Assembly (NCBI GenBank): GCA_963731105.1
Contig: CAVSUM010000020.1
Coordinates: 2,943-66,942, forward strand
Source: an uncultured Gammaproteobacteria bacterium
GTDB lineage: Bacteria > Pseudomonadota > Gammaproteobacteria > Steroidobacterales > Steroidobacteraceae
Direction of reading: 5' to 3'
Length of the DNA stretch: 64,000 nucleotides
Part shown: positions 59,194 through 64,000 of the stretch, piece after piece
How positions within the stretch are numbered: position 1 is the first letter of the stretch
Layout: each line of letters starts with the position of its first letter
The notes under the pieces: model-generated
Told to the model about the DNA's origin: nothing
Databases searched by the model: none
The model's input: only the letters and a program-made list of their open reading frames with translations
Translations under genes and position numbers: made by a program

Positions 59194-61011
59194 CTACTCG
59201 GCTGGTGCCGCAGCCGGGCGGCTTTTCATCACGCGCAGCAGGTCGACGTACGCAGGTTCGTCGCGCAGCGGTATGAGGTCCGGATCATTCTGCATCCAGC
59301 CGACGTTGGTGTATCCCGCCTCGACGGCCTGGCGCAGCGTGTCGATGGCGCGGCTCGATTCGCCGAGGCTCGCATACATGCATGCGGCGTTGTAGAGCAT
59401 GTGCGGATCGCCAGGAGTCAGCGTCAGCGCCTTGGTCCCCTCGCGAATGGCCTCCTCCCGGCGCCCGGCCCGGCCGAGCTGATTGGCGTAGATCAGCCGT
59501 GCGCGTGAATCGTCCGGGTTCTGCAGCAGGTAGTTCGGCATGATCTCGAGCAGCCGGCGATAGGCGACGTCCGCTTCCCCGGCCAGCCCAAGCCCGAGGC
59601 ACGTCTGTGCAACGTCGAGGTGTCCCGCATAGAAGCTCGGCTTGATCTCGGCGACCCGGCGGAACAGTTCCAGCGCCTGCTCGAGCTTGCCCTCGGTGAA
59701 GTAGATCCGCCCGAGCGTCCAGTGCGCGATGAAGTCGTCGGGATCGATTTCGATCGCCTTGGTGCAGGAGGCGGTGGCCTGGTTCAGCTTGCCCCAGAGG
59801 AAATACGACAGTCCCATGGCCCGGTACGCTTCGGACAGGTTGTTGTCGTACATCAGGGCCTTGAAGCTGAGCTCCTGCGCGAGCTCCCGATAGCGGTCCT
59901 CGCGCGCGATCAGCTGGTACATCTGGCCGTAGGCGCTGGAGCATCCCGCGTAGGCGGCCGCGTAACGCGAGTCGAGCTCGATGGCCTTCTCGAACAGCTG
60001 GATCGCGTATTCGACGCTGCTCTTGGTCAGGCGGTAGAGCTGGTCCTGGCCGCGGAGATAGAGGTCGTACGCCTCCGCATTGAGCGTCGGCCGCTTGGTC
60101 AGCGACAGCTTTTCCGAGAAGCTGAGCTTGAGCTTCAGCGCTTCGACGATCTGCTGGGCGACCTGCTCCTGGATGTCGAACACGTCGTCGAGCTTGCCCT
60201 TGTAGGTGTTGCCCCACAGCTGCAGGTTGGTCGCGATGTCGACCAGCTGGACCGTGACCCGCACCGAGTCCTGGAACCGGCGCACGCTGCCGCCGACGAT
60301 GTACCGCGCGCCGAGGGTCTTGCCGATCGCGTGGATGTCCTGCCCGCGCCCCTTGTGCTGCATCGAGGCCCAGCGCGAGATCAGGTTGATTTCGCTGACC
60401 AGCGACAGCCTCGCGATCAGCTCCTCGGTGAGCCCGTCGCTGAAATAGTCCGTTTCCGGATCCGGACTGATGTTGTCGAACGGCAGCACAGCCACCGGCC
60501 CACCGTCGGGAATGGCTTCGGCGCCAGGTGCCGGATGCGCAGCGCTGGCCGTGCCGGGCCGCAGGTCGATCCCAACTGCAGCAACGGGCTGCGGCGGGGC
60601 GATCTTGACGCCCAGCGCTTCCAGCGAGCGAAGGATCGCAACCAGGTTCTCGTCGGGATCGCCGTTGTAGAACTCGATGTGCTGGATGCCGGCGAGCGGG
60701 TACTTGAGTCCAAGCGGGATCGTGGTCGGTTCGAGATGAACCGGCAGGATGTGCCCCTTGCGCTCGCTCGTCAGCATCACTTCCTTCGCCACGTTGTGCG
60801 AGCTGACGGCCGACGGCGTCACCATCAGCAGCAGCACCTTGGCGCCTTCGAGGGCGCGGACGATGGACTCGCCCCACAGCGCGGCGCCGTCGATGCTGCC
60901 CTGGTCGATCCAGAGGTTGACGCCGGCGGCCCGCAGCCTGCCCGCGAGGTCGAGCACGCGGGCCTTGTCCTCGCGCGAGTAGCTCAGGAAGACGTCTGCG
61001 GATTGCGCCAC
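59194..61011 (-). CDS. TIR-domain protein with central TolB_N-like (COG5616-type) module and C-terminal TPR array
   Basis: ORF 59194..61011 (GTG start). The domains are:
- TIR: DVFLSYSREDKARVLDLAGRLRAAGVNLWIDQ...VLLLMVTPSAVSSHNVAKEVMLT.
- Middle module: VAVLPFDNISPDPETDYFSDGLTEELIARLS...GARYIVGGSVRR...VTVQLVD...LWG.
- At least seven TPR-like helical pairs.
No TM segment is present. Confidence 0.8.
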   Translation of the reverse strand: MAQSADVFLSYSREDKARVLDLAGRLRAAGVNLWIDQGSIDGAALWGESIVRALEGAKVLLLMVTPSAVSSHNVAKEVMLTSERKGHILPVHLEPTTIPLGLKYPLAGIQHIEFYNGDPDENLVAILRSLEALGVKIAPPQPVAAVGIDLRPGTASAAHPAPGAEAIPDGGPVAVLPFDNISPDPETDYFSDGLTEELIARLSLVSEINLISRWASMQHKGRGQDIHAIGKTLGARYIVGGSVRRFQDSVRVTVQLVDIATNLQLWGNTYKGKLDDVFDIQEQVAQQIVEALKLKLSFSEKLSLTKRPTLNAEAYDLYLRGQDQLYRLTKSSVEYAIQLFEKAIELDSRYAAAYAGCSSAYGQMYQLIAREDRYRELAQELSFKALMYDNNLSEAYRAMGLSYFLWGKLNQATASCTKAIEIDPDDFIAHWTLGRIYFTEGKLEQALELFRRVAEIKPSFYAGHLDVAQTCLGLGLAGEADVAYRRLLEIMPNYLLQNPDDSRARLIYANQLGRAGRREEAIREGTKALTLTPGDPHMLYNAACMYASLGESSRAIDTLRQAVEAGYTNVGWMQNDPDLIPLRDEPAYVDLLRVMKSRPAAAPAE

Positions 61012-61187
61012 TGTCGAGGCCTATTGCGTCCAGTGTCCTGTGGAGCGGGCAGGGCAGGCCGTGCAGCCATGCTGGGCGGCCAAGGCTAGCGGATCCGTGG
61101 CGAGGTAGAAGGATTCTCGGCGCACAGCCAACCTGTTGATCCAGCGGAGTTTCGATGTCCGCCTCGCTATCCGCGATGCCGCCCCGG

Positions 61188-61957
61188 TCAAGGGGCGGCT
61201 TCTGCCAGATAGGCGTCCAGCGACTGCGCCCGGTCGATCAGGTCCTGGAACATCGTCAGCTTGGAGTCGACGTCGGCAAGGCTGCGATTGAGGTCCAGCT
61301 CGATCTCAGGGATCGTAACCGCCGCAACGGCGGCGGACAGTTCGTCGGGCGACAGCTCCAGCGAGCATTGCTGCGGCAGCGTCACCACCGGGGCTCCCTG
61401 CTCGTCGGTGCCCAGTCGTTCGGTGCATTTCTTCGTCATCTGCACCTGCACCGCGTACGGCATGTGACGGCGCAGGCTTTCCCTGTAGGGCGGGATGTAC
61501 CGCAGGATGACTTCCCGGGTTTGCGCGGTGAGGTAGAAGTTCGCCAGGCGCCGCCGCATGTCGACATCGGAGATCGAGTTGATGCCCCCCACCGCTAGCA
61601 CCTCGTCGTAGGTGTTGCGCCCGAACGTGCGCGGCACAATCTGGCTGGCCTGGTACGCATCGATGAGGAACTGGGTGCCGATCTCCTCCGGGGGTCGCTC
61701 GAACGCGGCCAGCGCGTCCAGGGCGTGTGCCTTGACCCATTGGTAGTAGGCGATGCGGGCCTGCATGTCCGTGACGTTCGCCGCCAGGTCCTCGCGGATG
61801 CGAGTGATATAGGTCTGGGCCGTGTTCCGCTCCAGGCGCGCGGCATTCCAGTTGGCGACCTGGATGCCGATGAACACGCCGAAGACGACGATGACGAGCT
61901 CGATCGCGATGGCGAGCCAGTTCTGCGTCCTGAGGTTGTCACTGAGTCGGCGCAGGA

Positions 61958-61961
<4 letters not shown>
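61188..61961 (-). CDS. N-terminally anchored helical protein (DUF6090-like), paralog of 58379..59154
   Basis: ORF 61188..62315 trimmed to ATG 61961, which overlaps the maeB stop (ATGA). MILRRLSDNLRTQNWLAIAIELVIVVFGVFIGIQVANWN fits the single N-terminal TM pattern I associate with DUF6090 proteins. Confidence 0.6.

Positions 61962-64000
<2,039 letters not shown>

Overview
High-GC proteobacterial chromosomal segment. The gene content and the pilSR/sucCD adjacency resemble Xanthomonadales-like Gammaproteobacteria; this is inference from memory, not a search result.

Gene order, left to right:
- 1-14.6 kb: a minus-strand surface-polysaccharide operon. It encodes a priming sugar-phosphate transferase, a Wzx-like flippase, a methyltransferase, a HAD phosphatase, a nucleotidyltransferase, a TagF-like phosphotransferase, a UDP-xylose-synthase-like SDR, two large membrane proteins, GtrA and a Glf-like flavoprotein. 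A divergent Alg14/Alg13-like pair and a second methyltransferase sit next to it.
- 14.6-20.2 kb: pilR, small toxin-antitoxin (TA) remnants, and pilS carrying a 1.54-kb tandem duplication.
- 20.3-24.1 kb: sucCD, then two diverged tandem higBA modules.
- 24.2-33.8 kb: an Acs-like ligase, E1alpha, E1beta, E2 and an acyl carrier protein (ACP), followed by an attEFGH-like ABC exporter.
- 33.9-42.9 kb: YpfJ peptidase, an orphan divergent groEL flanked by palindromic repeats, a class-V aminotransferase, a DUF1800/DUF1501 pair, TraR and vapBC.
- 43.1-52.6 kb: tRNA-Phe followed by about 9.4 kb of lower-GC, TA-rich accessory DNA.
- 52.6-64 kb: NfeD/SPFH, an SLT lipoprotein, CsbD, a ferritin-like protein and a PBP7-like endopeptidase. 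Then comes a TIR/TolB_N-like/TPR protein bracketed by two paralogous membrane-anchored proteins, and maeB.

I saw no rRNA, CRISPR array, transposase or integrase.

Caveat: by eye I count about 27 single-base reading-frame breaks in otherwise recognisable genes, including sucC, which is central metabolism. Most behave as +1 insertions, so many 'pseudogenes' listed here may be sequencing or assembly errors.

The signals I rate highest are the pilS duplication, the TIR-TPR three-gene cluster, the ACP-linked dehydrogenase cluster with repeat elements in the E2 linkers, and the decayed TA-rich segment at tRNA-Phe.
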